Assembly (NCBI GenBank): GCA_963827655.1
Contig: CAWHCF010000049.1
Coordinates: 352,001-416,000 of the forward strand
Reading direction: 5' to 3'
DNA: 64,000 bases
DNA from: an uncultured Acidobacteriota bacterium
GTDB lineage: Bacteria; Acidobacteriota; UBA6911
Positions 9,943 to 20,715 of this stretch are shown piece after piece. The position numbers were made by a program, and so were the translations under genes. Every line of letters begins with the position of its first letter. Positions within the stretch are counted from its first letter, which is position 1. The notes beneath the pieces are model-generated. The model saw only the letters and a program-made list of their open reading frames with translations, did not search any database and had not been told where the DNA came from.

Positions 9943-12649
9943 ATGGAAGAGGAAGAAGTTCGGTTATCACAAGCAGCACAGGAGAGCACAAAAACATGGC
10001 GGGAGCCGAAGCTGAAGTGGCAAACCAAGGCAGAAAACAGTTGCAAGAGGCCGTCCGGCAGAGCGCTGCGTGTGTCTCTGGTGGCCTTAATCGTCTCTCT
10101 GCTGGCTCTCGGACACTTTGCTGGGGCAGGGGCTCTAGGGGCCGATCGCCACTCCGCCGATGGTACCCAGGGCGTTTTCGTCTCGCAGCCATCAGATGCG
10201 CATAGCGACAAGGACAACATCCTAAAAAACAGTCCGGCAGAAGATCGGGAAGCTACATATTCCTTTTATCAAGAATCAGGGACAGACGGATTCAGAGGTC
10301 AGCTTCTATGCCCCTACCTTTGGCGGAACGGTTTTTGTCACACAGAAAGGCGCATTCGTGTATGCCCTGTCCCAGGGGAAGGGAAAGAGGCAACAGGGGA
10401 GTCGCTTTGCGGGAGGAGCTGGTAGGGGGAGCAGTGAAAGCAGTGCAGGGAGAGGGCAAGACGACTACCAAGCTGAACTACTTCAAGGGGAATAACCGAT
10501 CGAAGTGGACGAATCACATTCCCACATACGATTGTGTAAGTCTGGGAGAAGTGTATGCGGGGGTGGAAGTGAAGCTCAAGGCCTATGGGCACACGGCGGA
10601 AAAGCTCTTTTATGTGCGACCTGGAGCTCGGCCGGAGCAGATCGAGCTGCGGATGCGAGGCGGGAAGGGATTAAAGATCACCAAGCAGGGAGAACTGGAG
10701 GTCGAGACGGAGCTGGGGACAGTGACATTCTCCAAGCCTGTGGCCTATCAGGAAGAGGGAGGCAAGCAAGAGTTGGTGGCGGTGGCCTATGTAGTAAAGG
10801 GCAGTGAGTACGGTTTTAAGGTTGGCGAGTATGACAAGACAAAAGAGTTGGTGATCGATCCTATCCTGGCGGCCACCTTCCTGGGGGGGAGTGGTCTTGA
10901 CGCCATTAGTGACTTCGCCCTGGACAGCATGGGGAACGTCTATGTGGCGGGTGTCACAACCTCTCCACGACTTTCCCCACATCGGGACGGGCTCAGCCGA
11001 CAATACCTTTGCAGGCGGCACTGAAGCTTTTGTCGCCAAGCTCGATGCCACTCTCAGCACGCTCCTGGCGGCCACCTTCCTCGGGGGAGTGGCTTTTTTG
11101 GTGAGGAGGCTGGGGCCCTTGCCCTGGACAGCGTGGGGAATGTCGATGTGGCGGGTTCCACAGACTCCTCAGACTTTCCCGGGGTCGGGGCGGGCTCGGC
11201 CGACAGCACCCTTGTGGAGGGCAGTGACGTTTTTGTGGCGAAGCTCGATGCCAATCTCCGCACGCTCCTGGCGGCCACCTTCCTGGGGGGGAGTATTCAA
11301 GACTTCGCTGGTGCCCTCGCCCTGGACAGCATGGGGAATGTCTATGCGGCGGGTTTCACCGTTCCGTCGACTTTCCTGGGATCGGAGTGGGCTCGGCCGA
11401 CAGTACCTTTGCTGGAGCCTGGGAAGGCTTTTGTGGCGAAGCTCGATGCCAATCTCAGGACACTGCTGGCCGTCACCTTCCTGGGGGGGAGTGGTGTTGA
11501 CGCCATTAATGCCCTCACCCTGGACAGCATGGGGAATGTCTATGTGGCGGGTTGGACAGCCTCCTCAGACTTCCCCGGGGTCGGGGCGGGCTCGGCCGAC
11601 AGCACCTTTGCTGGAGGCAGTGAAGCCTTTGTGGCGAAGCTCGATGCCAATCTAAGCAGACTGCTGGCGGCCACCTTCCTGGGGGGGAGTGCTGTTAATA
11701 ATGAACAGGTTCATGCGGCCTCGCCTTGGACGGCACGGGGAATGTCTATGTGACGGGCTTCACAGAATCCGCCGACTTTCCTGGGGTCGGGGGGCGGTTC
11801 GGCCGACAGCACCTTTGCTGGAGGCAGTGAAGCCTTTGTGGCGAAGCTCGATGCCAATCTTAGCAGACTGTCTGGCGGCCACCTTCCTGGGGGGGAGTGG
11901 TGTTGACTCCGCTCTCTGCCCTCGCCTTGGACGGCACGGGGAATATCTATGTGACGGGTGGCACAGGATCCACCGACTTTCCTGGGGTCGGGGGCGGTTC
12001 GGCCGATAGTCACCTTTGCTGGAAGCAATGAAGCCTTTGTCGCCAAGCTCGATGCCAATCTCGGCACTCTGCGAGCGGCCACCTTCCTGGGGGGAGCAGT
12101 AGTGAAGGCGCCGGTGCCCTCGCCCTGGACAGCATGGGGAATGTCTATGTGGCGGGTTCCACGGAGTCCTCAGACTTCCCCGGGGTCGGGGCGGGCTCAG
12201 CTGACGTGACCATTGCCGGAGGCAATGAAGCCTTTGTCGCCAAACTCGACCCGAATCTCTCTCGTGATGTTCCACTACCGGTGTGTAAGCAACAGATTGT
12301 CAATGACCTGGTCACCTTTGTTGTGACACAAACCTCCTTGGACCCTACCCCCGGCCCTCGTGCGCCCGCTGGCAGGTATACGATTACCGCCAGGCTCACC
12401 AACGCCAGCACGAAGGACATCTTCCAACCTCTCAAAGTGAACGTCGTGACGCTGTCCAATGGGAATAGGCTCGTCAGCGCCACAGAGGGGAACGGAGGGC
12501 CCGGCAGCAAGCAGGGCATTAATGCTGGCGCTGATGATACCCTGACCGCCAATGAGTCAGTCCTAGTCCAGTTTGTTATCGGATTGGTCGAGAGGAGCCC
12601 CTTCAGTTTCTTTGTAAATGTAGAGGGATGTGTTCGCGCTGACCCCTAG
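9943..12649 (+). CDS. Secreted SBBP-repeat 7-bladed beta-propeller protein, paralog of 1-2555 (frameshifted)
   Basis: GGAGGT RBS + ATG 9943; same N-domain; 7 LD(S/G)xGNxxVxG repeats at ~200-nt spacing (10920-12130); C-terminal shared domain ending FFVNVEGCVRADP. Confidence 0.85.
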
Positions 12650-12934
12650 TCGTCATTGGAAGGAAAGGAAGATCATGTACTGACTCAAAGTAACAGATGC
12701 GTCATTAAAAGATGCGAACTCCATGAGGCAGAATCGGTTTGAAGACAGATGTGGATGGTTGGCCAGACTCTCTCGAATTGGAGCCTCCAGCTTGTTCCAG
12801 TGTCCAGGCATCGATTCTTTGGTACAGCAGCGAACGCAACTCGAATCCTTTGGTGAAACGCATCATCTCGATTGTACGCGGCGAGTTGGGATCCAGGTGT
12901 CCCATAATAACGCCGATCAAAGGGAGAATTCTCT

Positions 12935-13480
12935 ATGAGCCTACTGTCATGCCGGTTGAGAAACGTAGTGACGCTGGTGGCTTTCTTTGGCGCCTTTGCG
13001 ACCGTTGGACTTGCCCGTGACTGGAGCTTGAATCTGAGACAGGGGAATCAAGATTCAGCAAGATTCACTCTAAAGGTTAAAGACGGGAGGGTGTCGATTG
13101 GGGCGAAAGACATCTCCGTCGCAGAAATCTTCAAGGACCTCAGTCAGCAGACCGGAATACCTATTGAAAATACGCTGAGAACTGAAGAAAGGATCACGAT
13201 CCAGTTTAGCGATTTGCCGATGGCGGAAGCGGTGGCGAGGCTGGCTAACGTATTGATCTTCTATGACAAGAATCCTGCCGATCCAACATCTCCGCGGATC
13301 GTCAAGATCGTAGTATCTGCGAAGGGGAAGGAAGTTTCGGCTACCGCCCTCAAGCCTGCCCCTGCCGCCGGTGCGGTTGGAGAACCTGAGAAGACTCCGG
13401 CACCCAAGCCTTTCGAGTTTGTCTTGGACCCGTCCAAGCCTTCACAGGCGCCCGAGAAGAAGACTCGCAAGGAGAACTAG
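12935..13480 (+). CDS. Exported protein with secretin/TonB N-terminal (STN/N0)-like domain
   Basis: Signal peptide; VSIGAKDISVAEIFKDLSQQTGIPI..ITIQFSDLPMAEAVARL; Pro/Lys-rich tail. Confidence 0.6.
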   Translation: MSLLSCRLRNVVTLVAFFGAFATVGLARDWSLNLRQGNQDSARFTLKVKDGRVSIGAKDISVAEIFKDLSQQTGIPIENTLRTEERITIQFSDLPMAEAVARLANVLIFYDKNPADPTSPRIVKIVVSAKGKEVSATALKPAPAAGAVGEPEKTPAPKPFEFVLDPSKPSQAPEKKTRKEN

Positions 13481-13495
13481 TCTCCCGAACCTCAC

Positions 13496-13900
13496 ATGAG
13501 AAATTTTCTCTGGCTTGGCGTTGTCCTGGGGTTTGTCAGTATTCGGTTAGCTTCCGCAGGGGAGAAAGTCAGCCAAGGTGTTATTGAGGCTCTGCGGAGA
13601 GAAGGTGGAGCGAACGTAGTTGTCGCACTTGTAGAGCCTCTGTCCATGCGGGCGCCGCGGATTGATCTGCCCACACTGAGGAGCGAGATCGCGAGTATGC
13701 AGTCTCAGGTGTTGTCGACACTGGACCCTACGGATTACCGCGAGAGGCACAGGTATGAGACTATCCCCAGCTTGGCCATTTGGGTCGCGAAGGCGGGGCT
13801 TGCGAAGTTAATAGCGCATCCCAAAGTAGTGAGAATCGACCTGGATGTCGGCGGTACAGGGAAGCCTAGAAAAAGAAAGTGCGATAGGCACCGCAAATAG
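13496..13900 (+). CDS. Stand-alone subtilase signal peptide + prodomain (I9-like), duplicate of the N-terminus of 13939-15570
   Basis: Colinear and highly similar to the next gene up to IDLDVGGTG, then stops. Confidence 0.75.
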   Translation: MRNFLWLGVVLGFVSIRLASAGEKVSQGVIEALRREGGANVVVALVEPLSMRAPRIDLPTLRSEIASMQSQVLSTLDPTDYRERHRYETIPSLAIWVAKAGLAKLIAHPKVVRIDLDVGGTGKPRKRKCDRHRK

Positions 13901-13938
13901 GGGTCAATGGAGCTGAACGTCGTGCTGCGAGGTGGGTC

Positions 13939-15570
13939 ATGAAAAATTTACTATGGCTTGGGATTCTCCTGGGGTTTGTCGGTGTTCGATTAGCTTCCGC
14001 ACAGGAGAAAGTCGGTCAAGGCGTTATCGAGATTCTACAAAGAGAGGGTGGGGCGAACGTAGTCATCGCACTCGTGGAGCCTCCATCCATGCGGGCATCG
14101 CAGATTGATCTGCCCATCTTGAGGAGCGAGATTGCCAGTCTACAAGCTCAGGTGTTATCCACCTTATATGCTTCGGATTACCGTGAGAGACATAGATTCC
14201 GAGCTGTGCCCGCCTTGGCGGGCCGGGTAAGCAGGGCTGGACTTGCAGAACTTGTAGCAAATCCCAACGTGGTGAAAATCGACCTGGATGTTGGCGGTAC
14301 CGGGAGCCTAGCAAACAGTGTCCCGCTCATTCGTGCTGATGATTGGCACGCACTCGGAATCACGGGTAGGGGGGTGGTAGTGGCCGTACTTGATACGGGG
14401 ATTGATACGGATCATGTCGACCTAGCCGATGATCTTGTTCACCAAGAATGTTTTCTTGATTTCGACGGAGCAATTAACGGGGTAGGGCGCTGTCCCAACG
14501 GTAGTGATAGACAATCGGGAGACGGCGCGGCAGAAAGCGGACTAAACCACGGGGTGATGACGACAGGGATAATCACTTCACGAGGGACCGTGAGTTCAGT
14601 TGGCGTTGCACCGGATGCTAAAATCGTGTCGATTAAGGTCCTCGATAACACCCAACCTGCTGGCATATTCGCATTTTTCTCAGAGTTAGTAGCCGCGTTG
14701 GATTTCATTATCAACAATCGCCCCGATGTGAAAGTCATCAATATGAGCCTTGGGACGTTTGCTTTGTTCGCGGGTAACTGTGATAGCGCGACAGCCTTCA
14801 ACATGGCCGGCGCAGCTGCCATCAATACGTTACGGAAAAATGGGGTAATCGCCTTTGCGGCTTCAGGTAATAATGGATCAGGAACTCAGATGACGTCTCC
14901 TGCCTGTATCAGTAACGTGGTATCGGTGGGAGCTACGAATAATGTCGATAATGTAGCAGCTTTCACAAACAGTAATGCTTTTCTCGATCTTATGGCGCCC
15001 GGGGTTTATATCACATCTACGGCGTTGGCTAATGGAATCGCAACCGGGTCCGGAACGAGCTTCGCAAGTCCTCACGCGGCGGGTTGTGCCGCTCTGTTCG
15101 TTGATGCGGGGATAGCTGTAAGTCCTGCCCAGATTGAGGCGCGCCTAAAAGCATCGACGGTACGGATTACTGATCCGAAAAATGGTCTTGCATTTCCAAG
15201 GCTCGACTGCTTTGTTGGTGTGGAGATTGTTAACGACTTGGTCTCAGTGGCTCCATTAGTCACTTCCTCAAGTACTACTCCGGTTCCGAATGGTCCTGCT
15301 GGAATATTCGGTATTATAACAACCTTTACCAACACCAGTTCCACTTCTATACTGAATCCATTCTTTGGAGTTGTAGAACTCTCCGGTGGAAACTTGTTGC
15401 TCAATGCCGATAGTGGTCCAGGTGGAGTTGGAGCCACTTTGACTCCTAATGTAGGCGCTGATCGGATTTTATCACCGGGAGAATCTTTTAATGTGATTTT
15501 TATAGTTGGTCTTCAATCCAGTCAGCGTTTCACATTCTTTGTCAATCTGTCAGGAGTGCCAGATCCATAA
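13939..15570 (+). CDS. Secreted S8 subtilisin-like serine peptidase with C-terminal shared domain
   Basis: VAVLDTGI, NHG, AASGN, GTSFASPH triad motifs. Confidence 0.93.
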   Translation: MKNLLWLGILLGFVGVRLASAQEKVGQGVIEILQREGGANVVIALVEPPSMRASQIDLPILRSEIASLQAQVLSTLYASDYRERHRFRAVPALAGRVSRAGLAELVANPNVVKIDLDVGGTGSLANSVPLIRADDWHALGITGRGVVVAVLDTGIDTDHVDLADDLVHQECFLDFDGAINGVGRCPNGSDRQSGDGAAESGLNHGVMTTGIITSRGTVSSVGVAPDAKIVSIKVLDNTQPAGIFAFFSELVAALDFIINNRPDVKVINMSLGTFALFAGNCDSATAFNMAGAAAINTLRKNGVIAFAASGNNGSGTQMTSPACISNVVSVGATNNVDNVAAFTNSNAFLDLMAPGVYITSTALANGIATGSGTSFASPHAAGCAALFVDAGIAVSPAQIEARLKASTVRITDPKNGLAFPRLDCFVGVEIVNDLVSVAPLVTSSSTTPVPNGPAGIFGIITTFTNTSSTSILNPFFGVVELSGGNLLLNADSGPGGVGATLTPNVGADRILSPGESFNVIFIVGLQSSQRFTFFVNLSGVPDP

Positions 15571-15791
15571 CAGCCCGTGAAAGTTAATGAACTGGTAGGC
15601 CAACTCGACCGCGAGAGACTAGCAAAAGTAGAGAGGATCGCTCCCTGCCGCCGTAAACGTGCCGTTGTTATCGCTATCAGTCTCATTTCGACGCTCCTGG
15701 CGTAGTCATTCCCACGAGAAAAGAAATTCTCATTTTCCCTCACACAGCGGTCTGAGCTACGCTAGAGTCTTACAACCAATGGAGTCGGTCA

Positions 15792-16769
15792 ATGGCTCGC
15801 GATCCCTTCGTTTTTGTTGGCACGCTAGGCCAGGGAATCTTTCGCTCCGATGACGGCGGGCTTTCGTTCGTTCGCAAGAGTGTCGGGATGAACTTCGAAT
15901 GCGACGTGCGGGCTCTGGCGGTGCATCCCCAGAATCCGCGGCTGCTATATGCCGGAACCAACGAAGGGCTGTACCGCAGTGACGATGCCGGCGAGCATTG
16001 GGCCCGTCTCGATTCGCCCATGAATCACCTGGTCACGTGGTGTGTGCTGGTCGATCCGCGGCAGCCGGAGGTATTGTTTGCCGGAACACGACCGGCGCGT
16101 ATCTTCCGCTCGACAGACGCCGGTCGCAACTGGGTGCAGCTCGATGTCGCGATCGCCCAGCATTGCGACAACCTGGTCTACAATCGGGTGACCACACTGT
16201 TGCCCGATCCAAACGTCTTCGAAGGGTTGTGGGCCGGGATCGAGATTGATGGTATTTGGGGGAGCTCTGATCTCGGTGAAAGCTGGTCACGGCATAGTGC
16301 AGGGTTGTCTTCGCTCGATATCCATTCGATGGTAATCGTTCCGCGCGACGGGGCTTCACGACGCATCTTCGCATCGACGAACAACGACCTGAACCTGAGT
16401 ACCGATGAAGGCCGGATGTGGCGGCCGCAGAGTCTCCAGGCGAAGTTCGAACTGCCCTACTTTCGCGGAACCGCGCAGAAGTCCAATGACGCAAACGTCC
16501 TGCTTCTGGGCAACGGAGACGCGCCGCCAGGTCGCGTCGGGGCCCTGTGGCGATCCGGCGACGGCGGCATCACGTGGGACCAGGCACAGTTGCCGTGCGT
16601 GCCAAACAGCACGATCTGGGGGTTCGCGGTTCATCCCGCCGATCCTGACCGGATTTACACATACAGCGTCAGCGGCGAGCTGTACGGGTCGGTAGACGGC
16701 GGGATCGAATGGGAGAAGCTCCCGCGTGAGTTTGGCGAAATCCGGGCCGTCTTGTGGACTCCCGCTTGA
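15792..16769 (+). CDS. BNR/Asp-box (WD40/YVTN-like) beta-propeller protein
   Basis: Repeated RSxDxGxxW Asp boxes. Confidence 0.8.
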   Translation: MARDPFVFVGTLGQGIFRSDDGGLSFVRKSVGMNFECDVRALAVHPQNPRLLYAGTNEGLYRSDDAGEHWARLDSPMNHLVTWCVLVDPRQPEVLFAGTRPARIFRSTDAGRNWVQLDVAIAQHCDNLVYNRVTTLLPDPNVFEGLWAGIEIDGIWGSSDLGESWSRHSAGLSSLDIHSMVIVPRDGASRRIFASTNNDLNLSTDEGRMWRPQSLQAKFELPYFRGTAQKSNDANVLLLGNGDAPPGRVGALWRSGDGGITWDQAQLPCVPNSTIWGFAVHPADPDRIYTYSVSGELYGSVDGGIEWEKLPREFGEIRAVLWTPA

Positions 16770-16850
16770 CCGTTTTGAGAACGAGCGAATGAAAGTGAAA
16801 CCGAAAAACTCGGTTCCGTCCGAAAAGCGCTGGAGCAGGCCGACGGAAGC

Positions 16851-17260
16851 TACGACTGGAGCGCGCAGGTAGAAGTGCAGCGGCTGGCCGCTTCTGCCTG
16901 GGTGGCGCACGCGGAAGGAAACAACGAGGAGGCAGTCCGGCTGATGCGCTCGGCTGCTGAGCTGGAAGACACGACCGGGAAACATCCAGTCACGCCGGGA
17001 GCGGTCCTTCCCGCACGGGAGCTGTTGGGAGATCTCTTCCTCGAGCTCGACCAGCCGACGCGGGCATTGCCTGAATTTGAAACTGCGCTCCGCAATTTGC
17101 CGAAGCGGTTCAATGCGACCTACGGCGCTGCGCGCGCAGCCGAGCTGTCAGGCGACCGAAAAAGGCGAAAGAGCGTTACACGGAACTGATCGAACTTTGC
17201 GCCGATGCCGATTCTGCCAGGCTGGAACTGCAAAATGCGAGGGCATTCCTGCAGCGCTAA
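16851..17260 (+). pseudogene. C-terminal fragment of a TPR protein
   Basis: AAELEDTTGKHPVTPGAVLPARELLGDL..PKRFNATYGAARAAELSGD; no N-terminal part present. Confidence 0.6.
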
Positions 17261-17576
17261 GGTCCCAGCCTCGCTGGTGAGGGCGCAGTCCGTTCTACCA
17301 GCTTCTAAGATATACAAGGTCCGCCGGCCGAGGGGGCCGGAGTTGTCTGACAATGATCGTAAAAGTGGTTGATCTAGCGGCTGGGCGCTCAAGGCAGGTA
17401 CTGATCCCGACATCGCGGGTCGTGACATCGTCAACAGGGCTGATTTCCTGGACCGCCGTCGAAATCAACCATCGATCAGCTACGTCGCAACTTTACCCTG
17501 CGACACTCCAGTGGAGCGATGGTTTACGATGTGGCTACCGCCTGACGCCTACACCATGCTGCCCGGAACGTGGTTT

Positions 17577-17954
17577 CTAAATAGCGATCTTGAGCGCTAT
17601 TTCACTGTAGAGCGTTTCTGGAACCTTGACGCGACGCTTTCCAGCGCTTCGGCCTGCGGTCAACTTGACGACACCGTACCCCTCGAGGAGATGTAGATCC
17701 TCCTGAACGTTCTTTAGGTTCCGGTTCAGCTTCTTTGCGAGCTGGTAGATCGAGCTCGGGCGCTCGGTTCGGATCGCTCGGAGGAGGGCCAGGCGATTTG
17801 GCGTGAGGAGGTTGCGGGCTGCTTCGATGCTGGCGAAGTAAACGCCTTCTCGACGTCGAACTCGGCGGCCCGCATCCAGCGCTTTATACGCCTCTCGGAA
17901 TTCTTTCATCGCCTTTTCCACAGGTTTGATCCTTATCGTTAAGGTCTTGGCCAT
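17577..17954 (-). CDS. HTH DNA-binding protein, putative antitoxin (HVO_A0114-like)
   Basis: LLTPNRLALLRAI..PSSIYQLAKKLNRNLKNVQEDLHLLEGYGVV; overlaps upstream partner. Confidence 0.7.
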   Translation of the reverse strand: MAKTLTIRIKPVEKAMKEFREAYKALDAGRRVRRREGVYFASIEAARNLLTPNRLALLRAIRTERPSSIYQLAKKLNRNLKNVQEDLHLLEGYGVVKLTAGRSAGKRRVKVPETLYSEIALKIAI

Positions 17955-18247
17955 TTTCTCTCGCCTACGATCCATCTTACATCCGACGCAAAGTCCGCAA
18001 GGAGTCTGTCGACATCCACGAACACATAAGGCTCTTCGATCCCTTCGATGTGGCGATGGTGCCCTTTGGGCCGATGGTTGTCGTACAGTATCGCAGGGAC
18101 AGTCTCGCCGCGCCGGATGAACGCCAACCGGTACCGCACCCCCGACGTGTTCTGGGACGTTGCGGGAACCTTCCAGAGCACCAGTTCCACGATGTTGCCC
18201 GCCTCATCTATGACCTTCTCGCGAAAGATCAGTGATGCACGCGCCAT
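17939..18247 (-). CDS. DUF6516-like protein, putative toxin
   Basis: ELVLWKVP..GVRYRL..YDNHRPKGHHRH..EEPY.F..VD.L.ADF. Confidence 0.7.
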   Translation of the reverse strand: MARASLIFREKVIDEAGNIVELVLWKVPATSQNTSGVRYRLAFIRRGETVPAILYDNHRPKGHHRHIEGIEEPYVFVDVDRLLADFASDVRWIVGERKWPRP

Positions 18248-18875
18248 CGCAGCTTCCAATATATGGCATTACGTGCCATGTATCAAGCCAAACATATCAA
18301 CCCGGCGAGGCCTGGAAAGAGAGGGGCGTTCCGGGATGGACTCGGCCAGGTATTCATCCGTCGCGAATGCGGAAATCCTGCGCAGAACAGCGTACATGCT
18401 CGATACGCGGTTAAGAAAGGCGGAGGAAGATCAGAGATGGAAACTTTCTCCCGGTTAGACCAATTACCGCTGGGAAATCTAGGTCCTGCGTAAGGTGGTT
18501 CGAATTCTCAGCGATGGCTCCCAACAATACTCTGGTCGGCAGCAGAGGCGTCAACCAGGAACGAGCACGACGTTGTAACCGAGAGAGCGCAGAAGCGCAC
18601 ACTTCGTCGCGATGAGACATGTCCGAAAGAAAGGTCAAAGTCATGAACCACCCGAAAACCTCAAACAAGCACTGTTGCTGACTCAGTGGGCTCCAACCGA
18701 GAAAAATGCGTGAGGCTTCGGCCGAGAAACTTGGATCTTCGTTCTGCGCATGCTCTGTGGTCGATTACCCGAACGAATGAAAACAGCCCGCCCTAGTCTG
18801 TCTGACCACTGCGAGCATGCTCGATTCCTGGCAGGCTGTTGGCCTGAGATTTCTTCAAATACAAAGACCCTTCGG

Positions 18876-19488
18876 TTACTTGCGCATGGGACGCAGCTTG
18901 ATATTGCGGAACTCGATCCGGTTGTCCTTCTGGCACTGGAAGCCAACCACACCGGAAGAGTGTTTGGACTCCCGCGCGTCGAGCAAAGTCTTGCCGTTAA
19001 GCACAACCACGAAGCGGTCGCCCTCGGCCGTGATCTCGTAGCTGTTCCACTGGTCCGGGAGGATCTTGGTAGCGGCTGCCTTGAGCGATCCTACCAGGCT
19101 GCCGGTGTTGAATCCCGCCGGCTGATAATCCCAGATCTGGAGTTCGTAGCCTGTGATGTGCGGCTGCCCTTCCTTCTGCGAGCGCAGGAAAATGCCGCTG
19201 TTCACCTTCTCCGGGCCGCGGAACTCCAGCTTCAGAAGCGAAATCGGAGAACGATGCCGAAGTGCCAATCCAGCTCGGCATCGTCCCCGCGCAGACCATC
19301 GCTCCATTCTCCGCCTTCCAGTCTCCCGTCCCGTGCGTCTCCCATCCGTCGAGACTCTTGCCGTCGTATAAAAGCACCCAGCCTTCCGCCGCCTCTTTCT
19401 GAGTGAGCGTATTGGGCCGGTCCTGACCGCGGACCGCACTCGCCGCCAGCGCCACGAGACCGATCCCGATAACCAATTGGCGAACCAT
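18876..19488 (-). CDS. DUF1080 / 3-keto-disaccharide hydrolase-like secreted protein (frameshifted)
   Basis: LT.KE.AEGW.LLYDGKSLDGW, NSGIFLR, GYELQI, WNSYEI, IEFRNIKLR. Confidence 0.85.
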
Positions 19489-19566
19489 GAAAAAATACCT
19501 CCGTGTCTCCGGCTGATTATCCAGTTTCAGAACCGCCCATGACGGAGCGGCCGGTGGCCGTTCTCC

Positions 19567-20529
19567 TCACCACGGCATCGACCTCTTACTGAATTTCCGG
19601 CCTTTCTCGGCAGCCGCCTGACCGCCGGCGCAGATCATGACGCCCTCCTTGATCATGTCTTCGACGTTATTCTCACCGCAGGCGTTCAGGAAGAAGATCT
19701 TCGCCTCCTTGGTGGCCTTGAGGACACGGGAGCGCGCCTGAAGCATCACCGGCGGAAACTGCCGTTCGCCTCCGCCCGGCCCCTCGCTCTGGGTCAGGCC
19801 GACCAGTGACCATCCCATGTCTCCGGGTCCCCACTCGGCAAACCCGACGCCCGGCACCTTGGACACCTTCTCGGCATTGGCCAGGGCATGCTTGTCTTCG
19901 ATCTTCAGTCCCAGCAGGATCTCGCCATTCTTGTTAAGCGGCCAGGGATCGGCCTTTTTCAAGTACTCGGTGGCAGGGATGCCCCAGATCTGCGCCGCAA
20001 AACCCTGGCTGCCGCTGCCACGGAATCCTTCGCCAATTCCGACAACTTTTTCGGCAAACGGATACCGGCTGGCCTCGACCATGATCCGGATCGCCTCCGG
20101 GGAGCGCGCGTGACACAAAAGAATCCCGTGGACCCCGCAGGCCAGCACCTGCTGCACGACCCAGTAATTCGCCCGCATGCTGATCTCGTCCAGACCCAGG
20201 ACTGGAAGGGTGGCGATGACGGCCGGTGTCCGATGGCCGCTCTTGGTCGGGCCGCCTTCCACCAGACCGCGCATGAACTCGCGCAGAGCCGTCATGTCAA
20301 ACGCGCCGTGCTCCATCTCGTAGTTGATGTAGTCGGCGTAGGTCTGGGCCAGTTTCTTCCCCTCCTCAAAGCCGCCGCGCCCGCCCGTGTAGTAAATCGG
20401 CTGGCCCTGCTCGAGCAGTTCAATAGCCTTGTTGATTCGTTTAGGCTTTCCAGTCGCCGGGTTTTGCGCCGCCAGTGGCGCGGCAGCCAGCACGATGGCA
20501 ATTAGCGTGAATACAAAAGATCTCTTCAT
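19567..20529 (-). CDS. HpcH/HpaI aldolase/citrate lyase family protein with signal peptide
   Basis: YEMEHG, GLKIED, EWGPGDMGWS. Confidence 0.75.
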   Translation of the reverse strand: MKRSFVFTLIAIVLAAAPLAAQNPATGKPKRINKAIELLEQGQPIYYTGGRGGFEEGKKLAQTYADYINYEMEHGAFDMTALREFMRGLVEGGPTKSGHRTPAVIATLPVLGLDEISMRANYWVVQQVLACGVHGILLCHARSPEAIRIMVEASRYPFAEKVVGIGEGFRGSGSQGFAAQIWGIPATEYLKKADPWPLNKNGEILLGLKIEDKHALANAEKVSKVPGVGFAEWGPGDMGWSLVGLTQSEGPGGGERQFPPVMLQARSRVLKATKEAKIFFLNACGENNVEDMIKEGVMICAGGQAAAEKGRKFSKRSMPW

Positions 20530-20715
20530 GTTCTCTTTCCTCCTGATGGGGGCTCGACCGGTGGCCAAACGCCAAGGCAGGTGAGCTTCGTCGCGTACTT
20601 GTACCGCTGTTTCTATCCCCGACGCCGTGGGAGGCGCAAGCGAATTTTGGCAGGCGGGTCGGTAAGGCTGATCTCAGGCCATGCTCGAGCAGGAATGAAT
20701 GCGCGGACAGCGCTC

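Noticed and set aside
11089-11103. GFFG in an SBBP loop resembling the precursor core
   Set aside because: A four-residue match in a frameshifted variable loop, seen once; probably chance
10860-12260. CRISPR array or DGR template/variable repeats
   Set aside because: The repeats are ~200-nt coding blades; no cas or reverse transcriptase; variation is not visibly adenine-specific
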